A DNA stretch of 63,767 bases, counting the filler, from an uncultured Synergistales bacterium (GTDB lineage Bacteria > Synergistota > Synergistia > Synergistales > Aminobacteriaceae), in assembly GCA_937897575.1 (NCBI GenBank). It is 5 parts of 5 records of this genome, joined end to end, with 100 filler letters (N's around TTAATTAATTAA, not from the genome) between each part and the next. Parts side by side here need not be neighbours in the genome. Positions count along the whole stretch, not along the records: positions 1 to 10,624 come from CALCQG010000056.1; 4 more parts are not named here. One strand, 5' to 3'. A program made the position numbers and the translations under genes. Below are positions 1 to 10,122 of this stretch, in pieces. The number at the start of each line of letters is the position of its first letter. Position 1 is the first letter of the stretch. The notes below the pieces were generated by a model. It saw nothing but the letters and a program-made list of their open reading frames with translations, was not told the DNA's origin and searched no databases.

Positions 1-231
1 GGGGCTGATTTCATCATCTCCTTCCCCTCCGGGGTGGAGGCGAGCCTCACCCTCGGAAGCGCGTCCCTCACCGGGGCGACTGATCCGGCGGTAACTCTCC
101 GTGATGAACTGGCGGAGTACGTGGGCAACGGTCACATCACAAACTGGTCGCCTTCGGGCGCAACCGAGGACGCGGTTGGTGTATCGATATCCATCCAGGG
201 CGATGGGGAACTGGAGCTGAATCCGGTATGA
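1..231 (+). CDS. Phage major tail (tube) protein, C-terminal fragment
   Basis: Frame open from base 1; ends ...GHITNWSPSGATEDAVGVSISIQGDG, typical of a tail-tube C-terminus; directly upstream of the chaperone and tape measure genes. Confidence 0.65.
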   Translation, partial: GADFIISFPSGVEASLTLGSASLTGATDPAVTLRDELAEYVGNGHITNWSPSGATEDAVGVSISIQGDGELELNPV

Positions 232-551
232 GTCTAAAAGAGAAAATCGGTGAACTGAAATACGGCGTGAATGCCCTGCGGGCGCTACAGGAGCAGATCG
301 GAAAATCCCCTGCGGATGTGCTCACGGGCGGATTCGACGGGCGTGACATGGAGCTCGGAACGTCCATTATCTGGGCGGGGATGCTCTGGAATAACAGAGA
401 CCTCACCCTCGACGAGGTTGGGGATCTCCTCGACTCCGAGGAGAAACTGTACATCGACGCGCTGGGAGAAGCTGTCCCGAAATTCCTTGCATCGTTCAAG
501 CGGGTATTCGGACTGCCAGACGCGGCCGCGGAGGAGAAGGGAAAAAACTGA
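228..551 (+). CDS. Tail assembly chaperone (gpG-like)
   Basis: 107 aa between the tube and tape measure genes; ends in slippery AAG GGA AAA AAC TGA. Confidence 0.75.
   Translation: MSLKEKIGELKYGVNALRALQEQIGKSPADVLTGGFDGRDMELGTSIIWAGMLWNNRDLTLDEVGDLLDSEEKLYIDALGEAVPKFLASFKRVFGLPDAAAEEKGKN
539..548 (+). promoter_or_regulatory. Programmed -1 ribosomal frameshift site
   Basis: Overlapping X XXY YYZ heptamers G GGA AAA (539-545) and A AAA AAC (542-548); -1 frame is open into ORF 587..886. Confidence 0.8.
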
Positions 552-586
552 CAGCGGGGGACTGGGAGAAGGCGGCACAGGAACTT

Positions 587-886
587 GTGCTGATCGCTCT
601 CGGTCCCCTGCGGCTTTCCCACGAAGATCTGTGGCAGCTTACCTGGGGAGAAGTGGACGATCTTATCTACGCCTGGCGCTACTCGGAATATCTGGAATCG
701 CAAAAACGGGCGCAGCAGGCGGCCTGGATCATGAACGCCTGCGGGCGGCTGAAGCATCCCGTCCGGACAAACGACCTGGCCAGGTATTGGGTGGACGGGG
801 AAATTATGAGCAAGGGCGAATACCACGAACATCTGAAAAATAAGGTCAAGTCCAGGAGGGGGGATAAGAGTGGCGAAGAAAATTAG
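587..886 (+). CDS. Tail assembly chaperone extension (gpT-like), probably expressed as a frameshift fusion
   Basis: In the -1 frame of the upstream chaperone and open from 542; LWQLTWGEV motif typical of gpT-like segments. Confidence 0.7.
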   Translation: MLIALGPLRLSHEDLWQLTWGEVDDLIYAWRYSEYLESQKRAQQAAWIMNACGRLKHPVRTNDLARYWVDGEIMSKGEYHEHLKNKVKSRRGDKSGEEN

Positions 887-3443
887 ATACGTGTTCGGCG
901 CTGACGTGACGGAGCTGGAGCGGGGTTTGAAGCGCGTGGAGTACAAGCTCGGGAAAATGAGCGCGAACGCCCAGCGGTTCGGCACGGCCATGACTCGCAA
1001 CGTCACCGCCCCCCTCGTGGGACTCGGAGCGCTGGCGGTCCGGGAAGCCGTGAAATTCGAGTCCGCATTTGCCAAAGTGAAAAAATCCGTCGGCGGCACC
1101 GAGGCTGAACTGAAGGCCATGGAACAGGGCATCGTCGAGATGTCCAAGACCATGCCAACGGCGGCGGAGGAGATCGCACGGGTCGCAGCGTCCGCAGGGC
1201 AGCTCGGCATCCAGAGACAAAATATCCTCGGCTTCACTAAGGCCATGATCCAGCTCGGCGAGACATCAAATATGTCCGCTGACGAGGCTGCCGACTCACT
1301 GGCGCGATTCGCGAACATCACCCAGATGAGCCAGAAGGACTTTGACCGTCTCGGCTCTACTGTCGTCGCCTTGGGCAACAGCCTCGCCACGACTGAAAAA
1401 GAGGTCGTGGAGATGGGTCTCCGGCTTGCCGGTGCGGGCAAGCAGGTGGGCATGACCGAAGCGCAGATCATGGCGCTCGGCGGCTCGCTCTCGTCCGTGG
1501 GGATCGAGGCGCAGGCTGGCGGCACGGCGTTCAGTAAACTGATGATTGAAATGAAGCTCGCCACCGTCAAGGGCGGGAATGCGGTCAAGGATTTTGCCAC
1601 CGTGGCCGGGATGAGTGCACAGGAGTTTACCGCCCTGTTTGGGAGGGACGCGACGGGCGCGATAATAAAATTCATCCAGGGGCTTGCCAGTTTAGAGGGC
1701 ACCGGCATGACGGCTATTGAGGTCCTCGACAAAATGGGGATCACGGAGATCCGTCTCCGGGATGCCATCCTGAGGGCGACCGGCGCAAGCAACGTTTTCA
1801 CAAACTCCATTGAGCTGGGCAGTAAGGCCTGGCAGAAAAACAACGAACTCCAGGAAAAGACGGCTATATTCTACAAGACCACTGAAAAACGGCTCGCCAT
1901 CCTCCGGAACCAGATCGCGGCCACAGGGCGAGAAATTGGCAACACCCTCACCCCGTCGCTTATGGTGGCGGCGAACCGGGTAGCCGATGTGACGAAGGCG
2001 TTTTCCGAGCTCTCTCCGGAGTTGAAAACGAGCATCGTTAACTGGGGGCTCGCAGCTGCGGCTATCGGCCCCATGATTCTGATATTTTCCAAAATCACCA
2101 GCGGGGCCGCCGGGGCGCTGAAGGCCCTGCGCAACCTCGCCATATTCCTATCGGCGAACGCGGCCGTTTTCAGCGGCGCGGCTGCGGCTCTGGCATTTTT
2201 AGTCAATGCTGATTTCAGTGCTAAAGGGATAGAATCCCTATCGGAGCGCCGGGGACTTGGGCTGAACGAGTCCGGGAGGAGCAAGGAATTAGCCGACCTC
2301 CGGGCAGAACAGGATGCCCTCGCCCGGGCAAAGGCGATGGAAGCCTACGATAAGGCGGCAGTATCACGGCAGAGCGGAAGCGTGATAAGAGGCACAGGGA
2401 AAACTCCTGTAACGGCGGGAACTCAACCTCAAGTAACACCGGAAATACAGGCGATTCTCGACACCTTCAAAAAGTCCGAAGAGGCGATGAAGAAGGTAGG
2501 TTCCCAAGGGAAAGCGACGAAACAGGTCTTCGATGAAATGACCGTTTCGCTTGCCAAGTCTCTTGGCATCTCAAACGAAGAGGCGCAAAAGAGAATCGAA
2601 TCCTCGAAAAAAATAGGGGAGCAGACCGGCAAGGAAATAGAAGCCCTCAAAGAGCGTCAAAACCTCATGGAGGAGACAAGAAACATCGCTCTTGAACTTA
2701 ATCAGACCTTCGCTTCCGAGGACGCGGCGCGTTCGCTGGAAGCCCTGCGGATGCAGCTCGACATCGGCAATATCGGATTGGAGCAGTACAGGGAAGCCCT
2801 CACGAAAATCAGGGAGCAGTTCGCCATGTTTCCCGGAGCGGTAGAGCAGATCGACTCCGCAATGACGGCGCTCGATATCTCTATACAGGCCAGCACGAGG
2901 ACGCTGGGGAGTTTTGTCCGCGAGGCTGAAACAGCACTCAGGGAAAAATTTATTGAGGTACCTGACCTAATTTCTAGTGCGTTCGCCGGGGCCATAGCGT
3001 ATGGTGAAGATCTGGGTGATTCATTGCGGCGTCTGGCGCAGGACATCGCATATGCTGTAATCAAGGCTACCTTGCTGAAATCGATTTTTGGGTTGTTCGG
3101 CTTCGCCGACGGTGGTGTCCTTTCGGGCGGAAATATCGTGCCCTTCGCCCGTGGCGGCATCGTGGACAGGCCGACCATATTTCCCATGGCGCACGGCATG
3201 GGCCTCATGGGCGAGGCCGGGCCGGAGGCTATCATGCCGCTCAAACGCACACCTAGCGGAGATCTCGGCGTACAGGCAGATGGCGGCGGTGGCGAGACAC
3301 ATATCACCATGAACATCAGCGCCGTAGACAGCCGGTCGTTTGTAGAAATGATGCGAACAAATAGGGCGAGTGTTGAAAATATAGTGGTTGAAAACATCAT
3401 GAAAAACGGCGCGGTTCGTTCCGCTATGAGGGGGCTGGCGTAA
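870..3443 (+). CDS. Phage tail tape measure protein (TP901-like core)
   Basis: 857 aa, Ala-rich and helical; FESAFAKVKK...AGQLGI...AQAGGTAFSK core; C-terminal FARGGIVDRPT...MGEAGPEAIMPL. Confidence 0.93.
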   Translation: MAKKIRYVFGADVTELERGLKRVEYKLGKMSANAQRFGTAMTRNVTAPLVGLGALAVREAVKFESAFAKVKKSVGGTEAELKAMEQGIVEMSKTMPTAAEEIARVAASAGQLGIQRQNILGFTKAMIQLGETSNMSADEAADSLARFANITQMSQKDFDRLGSTVVALGNSLATTEKEVVEMGLRLAGAGKQVGMTEAQIMALGGSLSSVGIEAQAGGTAFSKLMIEMKLATVKGGNAVKDFATVAGMSAQEFTALFGRDATGAIIKFIQGLASLEGTGMTAIEVLDKMGITEIRLRDAILRATGASNVFTNSIELGSKAWQKNNELQEKTAIFYKTTEKRLAILRNQIAATGREIGNTLTPSLMVAANRVADVTKAFSELSPELKTSIVNWGLAAAAIGPMILIFSKITSGAAGALKALRNLAIFLSANAAVFSGAAAALAFLVNADFSAKGIESLSERRGLGLNESGRSKELADLRAEQDALARAKAMEAYDKAAVSRQSGSVIRGTGKTPVTAGTQPQVTPEIQAILDTFKKSEEAMKKVGSQGKATKQVFDEMTVSLAKSLGISNEEAQKRIESSKKIGEQTGKEIEALKERQNLMEETRNIALELNQTFASEDAARSLEALRMQLDIGNIGLEQYREALTKIREQFAMFPGAVEQIDSAMTALDISIQASTRTLGSFVREAETALREKFIEVPDLISSAFAGAIAYGEDLGDSLRRLAQDIAYAVIKATLLKSIFGLFGFADGGVLSGGNIVPFARGGIVDRPTIFPMAHGMGLMGEAGPEAIMPLKRTPSGDLGVQADGGGGETHITMNISAVDSRSFVEMMRTNRASVENIVVENIMKNGAVRSAMRGLA

Positions 3444-3778
3444 TGGCAGAGACATTTTCCTATTCGCCACTCTATGCGTATCAGCGGGGATTAAATCATA
3501 GAGTTCTGGTCACGGAGTTTGAGTCCGGCAAGGAAGAGAGAAAATACCTGGGCGTAAGGGCGCGGACGTGGACGCTCGGATTCCGTGCAGCCGTTGCTAC
3601 CATCCAGGGAATTGAGGATTTTTACAATGCCCGCGGCGGTAATTACGAGGCGTTCAACTGGACACCGCCCGGCGGTGCGGCCGCCATTTCCGCCCGTTTT
3701 GAGGAAGGCAGCCTGTCAGTCAGTTATTACGGCTCTCAGTACGGCGAATGTGAAGTCACGTTGAGGGAGATATTATGA
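3443..3778 (+). CDS. Phage minor tail / distal tail protein (lambda gpM-like)
   Basis: 111 aa after tape measure; IEDFYNARGG.YEAFNWTPP motif. Confidence 0.7.
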   Translation: MAETFSYSPLYAYQRGLNHRVLVTEFESGKEERKYLGVRARTWTLGFRAAVATIQGIEDFYNARGGNYEAFNWTPPGGAAAISARFEEGSLSVSYYGSQYGECEVTLREIL

Positions 3779-4317
3779 GCAGGGCAGGAGCGGGATATAT
3801 AGCAGAATCGTCGAATGACGAACTAAAGCCGATCCTGCTGGTGCGTGCGCTGGACATCCCGCAGGTCAATAACCCGTCTGTTATGGTGTCCCTGTATCTG
3901 ACCAACGCACAATCAGACATATCGTTTTTTGACGAGAATGACAATGCCCAGCTTTACACCGCCTGTGCTCTCTCCTACGACCAGGTGCAGGCGTCCACGG
4001 ATAATGAGATCGGCACGGTAAACGTGCGGCTGGACAATGTGAGTGGCGCATTCACATCTCTGGCGAAGGACTACCGTTTACGCGGCGTGAGAATGCATCT
4101 GCTGGAGGCGTTCCAGGATACGTTATTGTCTCCTGCCGGGGCGAGGTGGATATTCCAGGGACATCTCGAAAAAGCGATTATAGGGATTTCAGCCATTGAG
4201 GTCATGGTCAAGGCGGATTTTTCTCTTGCCACGCGGGTTCCGAGGCGACTCTACTGGGTGAAGGACTTCCCGCACTTGCCGTCTGCGAAAGACCCGAGGA
4301 CGCTGGCGCTGAAATGA
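3775..4317 (+). CDS. Phage minor tail protein (gpL-like position)
   Basis: Position between gpM-like and NlpC/P60 genes; VNVRLDNVS and VPRR motifs. Confidence 0.6.
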   Translation: MSRAGAGYIAESSNDELKPILLVRALDIPQVNNPSVMVSLYLTNAQSDISFFDENDNAQLYTACALSYDQVQASTDNEIGTVNVRLDNVSGAFTSLAKDYRLRGVRMHLLEAFQDTLLSPAGARWIFQGHLEKAIIGISAIEVMVKADFSLATRVPRRLYWVKDFPHLPSAKDPRTLALK

Positions 4318-4700
4318 TCGGTATTCCGTGGAAGACGAAAGGGCGAGATCGTGACGGTATCGACTGCGTAGGGCTCGCCCTTCTGGCACAGAAGGAACTG
4401 TTCGGACGGGAGTATGACTTTCCGTTCGACTACGACCCGGAAACGGGGGATGAAAATATTCTTCTTGGCTGGATGAGCAGTATAGCTGATGAGGTGAATA
4501 CTGCCCGTGAAGGTGACCTTGTAATTTATCGCTTGCCTGGAATAGATGGGGTTGTGAGGCATCATATTTGTACTGTAGTGGATGATGCACTGCTCCATAT
4601 ATACCCGGGCAAGAGTTCGCGGAAGATGAAAATCAGGATGAAACGGATCTACAAAATCTACCGGGCGAGGGAGGTGGAGACATGCCGGGAGCGGCAATAG
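4314..4700 (+). CDS. NlpC/P60-family tail-associated peptidase
   Basis: IGIPW..KGRDRDGIDCVGL catalytic-Cys motif, GDLVIY, downstream His residues. Confidence 0.85.
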   Translation: MIGIPWKTKGRDRDGIDCVGLALLAQKELFGREYDFPFDYDPETGDENILLGWMSSIADEVNTAREGDLVIYRLPGIDGVVRHHICTVVDDALLHIYPGKSSRKMKIRMKRIYKIYRAREVETCRERQ

Positions 4701-7700
4701 GGGCACTGTTAGGATTTGTCTTGTCAGGAACCGGGCTTGGGATAGGAATTGCAGGATTCCTCGGCATTTCTGTCGGTACCCTCTGGATGGTGGGTGCCTC
4801 CCTTGGCTCGTTGTTCGACGGACCGGATACCGACCTTGGAGATTCGACGCCCAATTACACATTTGGGCAGTTGTCGAACACAAAATCCCAGATGCTTCCC
4901 ATCCCTATTGTGTACGGACGGTGCAGAGTCGGCGGCAACATTTTCATGCAGACGTTTTACGACGATACCCTGCAGAAAATGGACATGCTCGTCGGTGTTT
5001 CCGAAGGGCCAATCCAGTCCATAAAATCCATCTACGCCAGCGACACGGAACTGACGGATGCAAATGGAGACATTACCCATGAGCTGGAAGAGGTGACGCT
5101 GAACGTCCACCTCGGTGAACCCGACCAGGTTGCTGACAGCCGAGACCCCAGCGGGAGCACGTATGCGAATGTTGCCTACGTGGGGTTGACTCTCAAGGCG
5201 CAGGACGGGCTGTCAGGCAACCCCACCATCTCGTCCATAGTGGAAGGGCGCAAAATATGGACGCCTGCCGGTACGGTGTTCTCAAGGAATCCAGCGTGGA
5301 TCGTCTATGATTTCCTGACCAATACCCGCTACGGTGTGGGTGTGCCGCAAGATTTGATAGACCTCGACTCGTTCATGGCGTCTGCCGACTATTGTGATGC
5401 CCTGGTTGAGGGTGAACCTCGTTTCACACTGGACTACATCATTGACACCCATCGACCCGCGGTGGACCATCTGCAATCCATGCTGGCTTGTTTTAGAGGG
5501 TACTTCCTCGCCAGGGACAAGATCGAGCTTCACGTGGAGCAGGCCGGGAGTGTGTACAAGGCACTCGGGCCGGATAATTTTGTGAAGGATTCTTTTTCCT
5601 GGTGGCAGAAATCAGGAGATGATTCGCCGAACAGAATTACCCTGGAGTGGATCGACCCGGACAACCATTACGAGCAGTCCTCGGCTGTGTTTGAGTATCA
5701 GGAGGATATGCAGGCTCGTGGTGTTTTTGAAAAATCATTCTCCGTGCTCGGAGTAACCCGCTCGTCCCAGGTAGGTCGGTTGGGTAATTATTTGATGGAG
5801 ACAGCAAAACGGGTACAAAATTTTTGTTCGTTCCAGGTGGGCTTGCAGGATGCCGACATCGAGGCAGGGGAAATCGTATCCCTGACCTATCCTGATTTTA
5901 CGGGGTGGGACGCAAAACCCTTCCGGGTAGTAGCAGTACAGGACCAAGGTGATTCGGGTTTAGTTACAATCACCTGCGCGGAATATGATGCGACGGTATA
6001 CGGTGATGATGCGCTGCCAGTCCAGACGCCTATAGTAGATCCAACGCCTGTTACCTATGACGATGTATACGCCCTTGTCCTTGACGATATAGGGTATATC
6101 GCTGAAGACGGGACATGGTTTCCGGTGATTCGTGCTACATGGCAGAACCCGTCCGATTACACTCCTGCGGCACTGAATGTGCGGTGGCGGTACGATGGAG
6201 ATACGGAATGGAACCTGCATCTGAATACGTCCCGTATGACCACACAGACCACCATTACCGGACTGACTACCGGAGAGGATCTGGAGGTCTGGGTCAACTG
6301 CGTCAAGCCTAACAACGGCGGGGAGACAACCGGGGCGACGGCAACGCTGTCCGTAGGACGTGATGTTACCCCTCCTGCGGCTCCAACTTCCCTCACTGCA
6401 ACGGGATGGTTTGGAAACATTGATCTGGAATGGGTTAATCCCGCTGATAAAGATTTAAATTATGTTGAAGTGTGGGAAAATGCCATTGATAACAGGGCAA
6501 CCGCCGTCAAGATTGCCGAAACTAATGGCACATCATACCAGCGGTATGTGGGGTCATTCATCACCCGCTACTATTGGGTGAGGGCAGTGGATTTCTCAGG
6601 CAACGTGGGTGCATGGAACGCTACGGCAGGCACGGCGGGGAACTCCGACCAAGAGAACCATCAGGATTTCGTAGACCTGGTGTTGCAGGAAAATCCGTAT
6701 CTTGCAGAAGTGCAGAGTGACCTCAACAGTGCTATTACCCTAGGAGATACAACTATCAAGACAATTGACCTCCCCGCTTACGAACAAAGGATAGCTGACC
6801 GAATAGACGAAGTCAACGATGACATAATGACTCAGGTCAACACTTATGCTGACGGCACTATTGACGCAATGCTTGACGCTTCCGAAGCAATAAGTGCAGT
6901 AAGAGATGCGGGAATTATTACCGATCCTGCAACAGGGCTTACGAGCATTTATGCTCTTGATGCTTACAAAACAGCCAATGATGCGAGAGTATCCACGGTT
7001 GAGGTTGACCTTGATGCGGTTGAGTCCACGCTGACCAGTAAGGTAACGCTTGCCCAAGTTGATGCGCGGATAGCCGGGGCAGTTTTTGGCGATGCTGGCG
7101 AACTGCTTTTATCTGGTATGGATGCACGGATAGTCACCGTTGAGGAGGGCTTAGATGCGGTCGAGGGCACGCTGATTGAAAAGGCATCAGTGGTTGATGT
7201 CAACGCTCTCGGCGGGCGAATCGGCACGGCTGAATCACGGCTTGATGGGCAGGATGCGGAGATTGCCTTACTTGCTACCTCACAGGAGCTTGACGCAGTG
7301 GAATCGAGAGTATCAATCGCTGAGGTCAATATAGACGCTCTTGAGGGCGCAATCGTTGATAGGGTTGTCAGCTCAGTAACAGTTGTGCAGGATTCAGAGG
7401 AAGTATTAGCGCAGGGTCTCGTAGATGCCATGCTCAACGACCGGGAAGCACAGGCTGACACGAAGGCTAAAACGGAGAGCGCATTAGCAATAGCGGAATC
7501 TGAACTGTACGCCCATGTCAATGATGAAATGGAAGCTGAAGCGGGACAGAGATTGTTGTTGGCGGCGAAGGTTAACAATAATCAAGCAGCAATTCAGACC
7601 GAAGCCACAGCGCGAGCAAATGCAGACAGTGCAATTGCATCTAACGTAACAACCCTGCAAACCACGGTAGGGAGCAACACCTCGGCGATACAGACCATTG

Positions 7701-8395
7701 ATAGTTCTGTCGACGGAATTAAATCAAAACACGCCGTTAAAATCGACACGAACGGATACGTCACAGGCTATGAACTCATTGGCACTGGCACATCAAGCTC
7801 CATGGTGTTCCACGTCGATAATTTCTTAATCGGGAAACCAGGAGCAAGTAATGATTATCCATTTGCGCTTGGGGTGGTTGATGGCGTTACACGAATTTCG
7901 ATGCAAAATGTATTTATCCAGGATGCGGCGATTGACACACTGAAAATTAAAAACAATGCCGTCACAACCTATGTTTTCGTCACGGGCGGGCAGACTTCTT
8001 CGTGGGGAACTCTTTACGGCACAGAATCTCCGACATGGAGGACCATGCCTTTCAATAGCAGGGTAACTGTAACACAGATTGTATCGGGCAGACCTGCGAT
8101 GATTACCTTTTCAGTCAACTGGTATTCCGCAGAGGATTATGCAGGAACATCTTTTAGGGTGCTTGCCAATACAAGCGATACTCTAACAGGGGCTAGTGCC
8201 ATTTGGACTAAAAATGTCGGAGGTGGCGACCAAATCAACATGAGCTACACAGAGCAGTTTCAGTGGATTCCGTCATCAAGCGGGACATGGTATCTATATT
8301 TACAATGGTTATTGGGCAGTGGAGGGGAAATGAACACTAAATGGGATACCTATATCCGCTCACACTCGCTTTCGTTATTCCATATGAAACGGTAG
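4682..8395 (+). CDS. Tail tip / host-specificity protein (gpJ-like) with FN3-like, coiled-coil and DUF1983-like regions
   Basis: 1237 aa; PIPIVYGRCRVGG, SRNPAWIVYDFLTN.RYG, FN3-like DVTPPAAPTSL...YYWVRAVD, AVKIDTNGYVTG...FIQDAAI. Confidence 0.88.
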   Translation: MPGAAIGALLGFVLSGTGLGIGIAGFLGISVGTLWMVGASLGSLFDGPDTDLGDSTPNYTFGQLSNTKSQMLPIPIVYGRCRVGGNIFMQTFYDDTLQKMDMLVGVSEGPIQSIKSIYASDTELTDANGDITHELEEVTLNVHLGEPDQVADSRDPSGSTYANVAYVGLTLKAQDGLSGNPTISSIVEGRKIWTPAGTVFSRNPAWIVYDFLTNTRYGVGVPQDLIDLDSFMASADYCDALVEGEPRFTLDYIIDTHRPAVDHLQSMLACFRGYFLARDKIELHVEQAGSVYKALGPDNFVKDSFSWWQKSGDDSPNRITLEWIDPDNHYEQSSAVFEYQEDMQARGVFEKSFSVLGVTRSSQVGRLGNYLMETAKRVQNFCSFQVGLQDADIEAGEIVSLTYPDFTGWDAKPFRVVAVQDQGDSGLVTITCAEYDATVYGDDALPVQTPIVDPTPVTYDDVYALVLDDIGYIAEDGTWFPVIRATWQNPSDYTPAALNVRWRYDGDTEWNLHLNTSRMTTQTTITGLTTGEDLEVWVNCVKPNNGGETTGATATLSVGRDVTPPAAPTSLTATGWFGNIDLEWVNPADKDLNYVEVWENAIDNRATAVKIAETNGTSYQRYVGSFITRYYWVRAVDFSGNVGAWNATAGTAGNSDQENHQDFVDLVLQENPYLAEVQSDLNSAITLGDTTIKTIDLPAYEQRIADRIDEVNDDIMTQVNTYADGTIDAMLDASEAISAVRDAGIITDPATGLTSIYALDAYKTANDARVSTVEVDLDAVESTLTSKVTLAQVDARIAGAVFGDAGELLLSGMDARIVTVEEGLDAVEGTLIEKASVVDVNALGGRIGTAESRLDGQDAEIALLATSQELDAVESRVSIAEVNIDALEGAIVDRVVSSVTVVQDSEEVLAQGLVDAMLNDREAQADTKAKTESALAIAESELYAHVNDEMEAEAGQRLLLAAKVNNNQAAIQTEATARANADSAIASNVTTLQTTVGSNTSAIQTIDSSVDGIKSKHAVKIDTNGYVTGYELIGTGTSSSMVFHVDNFLIGKPGASNDYPFALGVVDGVTRISMQNVFIQDAAIDTLKIKNNAVTTYVFVTGGQTSSWGTLYGTESPTWRTMPFNSRVTVTQIVSGRPAMITFSVNWYSAEDYAGTSFRVLANTSDTLTGASAIWTKNVGGGDQINMSYTEQFQWIPSSSGTWYLYLQWLLGSGGEMNTKWDTYIRSHSLSLFHMKR

Positions 8396-8405
8396 AGGTG
8401 GTGAC

Positions 8406-8744
8406 ATGAGACGAGCGACATTTTATGATCCGGTAGGCGGCAGAATAATAGGAACTCTGATATGCAGCGAGGCGTATTTCGATGTCAACGTAGAAGACAA
8501 AACCTGGATAGAAGGAACTTATGATCTTGAAACTCATTATATTGCGAATGGTATAGCGACTCTACGCCCTGCTATGCCCCTAACCGTCACAGGCTCAGTT
8601 ATCAGCGGTATTCCGCAAGGTGCAACGGTCACGCTAGGCGAACAGGCCTTCCCTGTCGATGATGGCGAAGCTGACATCGAGGGATATACAGGAATCGTCA
8701 AAATAACATGCTGGCCCTATCTTGATGCGGAGGTGACGCTATGA
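8406..8744 (+). CDS. Phage tail-associated hypothetical protein
   Basis: RBS GAGGTGG; co-oriented, overlaps the next gene. Confidence 0.65.
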   Translation: MRRATFYDPVGGRIIGTLICSEAYFDVNVEDKTWIEGTYDLETHYIANGIATLRPAMPLTVTGSVISGIPQGATVTLGEQAFPVDDGEADIEGYTGIVKITCWPYLDAEVTL

Positions 8745-8938
8745 AAATAAGTTATAAGCCAACCTCTGCGGAGGTGCGGAAGAACCGCAAAGAGGAATAT
8801 TTATCAAAGTACCCCATAGAAGCCCAGCTGGAAGCCCTCACAGAAGCGGCGATGGGGCGCACGGCAAAATTAGATGAATTGGTCAAGGGGCTCTCTGATA
8901 TCAGGGAGTCCCTGCCGTTCTCAGAGGAGGTTGAATAA
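8741..8938 (+). CDS. Small phage tail protein (putative chaperone)
   Basis: 65 aa; RKEEY...YPIEAQLEAL resembles small fibre-associated proteins; coupled to both neighbours. Confidence 0.6.
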   Translation: MKISYKPTSAEVRKNRKEEYLSKYPIEAQLEALTEAAMGRTAKLDELVKGLSDIRESLPFSEEVE

Positions 8939-9831
8939 TGAGCTGGTATAGAACAGGAACAGTAGTAGTAACAAACGGATCGAAGACAGTCACAGGGGTC
9001 GGAACGCTGTGGACAACGGCAGTCAATGCTGGTGACGCCTTCGCCCTTGTGGATGCAAATTTGAATCCAACGGGTGCATGGTATGAGGTGGATGTGGTTG
9101 TTTCCAATACGGAAATAACCTTGAAGCAGAGCTACGCCGGAACAACCGGGAGTAATAATCAATATTGTGTATTTAACATGGTTGGCAATATGACCACCCC
9201 GTCATTCGCGCAGAGATTGGCTACGTTTTTCGCATCGTTCCAGAGCCTGATTGACAAGCCGACCACTACACCAACGGCACTTGGCATTCCGGTAGCTGAT
9301 GCAAACGGAGACATTGATTCTGGATGGCTCAAGGATGCCTCCACAACCGTTAAGGGCGTTGTTGAACTCGCCACTTCAGCAGAAACGACAACTGCAACGG
9401 ATACCACCCGTGCCGTGACACCTGCGGGATTCCTTGCAGGACTGAGGGGGAACCTCCTTGGCACAGTCTCACAGGTTGGCGGCGTGCCGACAGGGGCGGT
9501 TATCGAGCTGGGCTCAAACGCAAACGGGAAGTATACGAAATTTGCGGACGGGACGATGATTTGTACTTCTGAGCTGTTGTCAAACGGGGCTGTCACACTC
9601 TCAAATGGGAGTGTGTTTCATACTGAAGAAATAATATGGTACTTTCCTGCCATTTTTGTTGGGTTTCCAACAACATCGGGATTGGAAGTAAATGGAGCCG
9701 GTTTATGTTGGGTTGCTAGGGGAACAAGTTCTGGTGAAGGCGGGTCTGTTGCGAAATATAGAATTGTAAGAGGTGCTTCAACAGTCTCCACTCCTGCTTG
9801 TAAATGTATAGCTATCGGGAGGTGGCTCTAG
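8938..9831 (+). CDS. Phage tail fibre protein
   Basis: N-terminal WYRTGTVVVTNGSKTVTGVGT; ASTTVKGVVELAT repeat; C-terminal GSNANGKYTKFADGTMIC...AIGRW (gp53-like). Confidence 0.85.
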   Translation: MSWYRTGTVVVTNGSKTVTGVGTLWTTAVNAGDAFALVDANLNPTGAWYEVDVVVSNTEITLKQSYAGTTGSNNQYCVFNMVGNMTTPSFAQRLATFFASFQSLIDKPTTTPTALGIPVADANGDIDSGWLKDASTTVKGVVELATSAETTTATDTTRAVTPAGFLAGLRGNLLGTVSQVGGVPTGAVIELGSNANGKYTKFADGTMICTSELLSNGAVTLSNGSVFHTEEIIWYFPAIFVGFPTTSGLEVNGAGLCWVARGTSSGEGGSVAKYRIVRGASTVSTPACKCIAIGRWL

Positions 9832-10122
9832 ATGAAATTACTTTTTAGCCCCCAGAGGCGTGATGATACCCTCGTCCTCTCGAAATCAGGGGATGCCCTT
9901 ATCGTCAACGGCACGGTCTATGATTTCTCCCCTCTCCCTGACGGTGCCACCCTGCCCAGAGAGGCTGTCGACTGTGAGTGGATATGCGGAGATGTGAGCC
10001 GTGTGGACGGAGAACTGATCATTCCCATCCTCCTCCCTCACGGGCCGGACGCATCTGAACAGGCACGGTTTCCGGAACCTATTACCATGACTTCCAACGG
10101 ACAGGTGGTGTTACCAGTATGA
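9832..10122 (+). CDS. Tail-fibre-associated protein
   Basis: SPQRRDDTL...YDFSPLPDGATLP...LLPHG, a family I recognise downstream of tail fibres. Confidence 0.7.
   Translation: MKLLFSPQRRDDTLVLSKSGDALIVNGTVYDFSPLPDGATLPREAVDCEWICGDVSRVDGELIIPILLPHGPDASEQARFPEPITMTSNGQVVLPV

Noticed and set aside
7960..9831. Diversity-generating retroelement or invertible fibre cassette
   Set aside because: No reverse transcriptase, invertase, TR/VR pair or inverted crossover sites seen in the window
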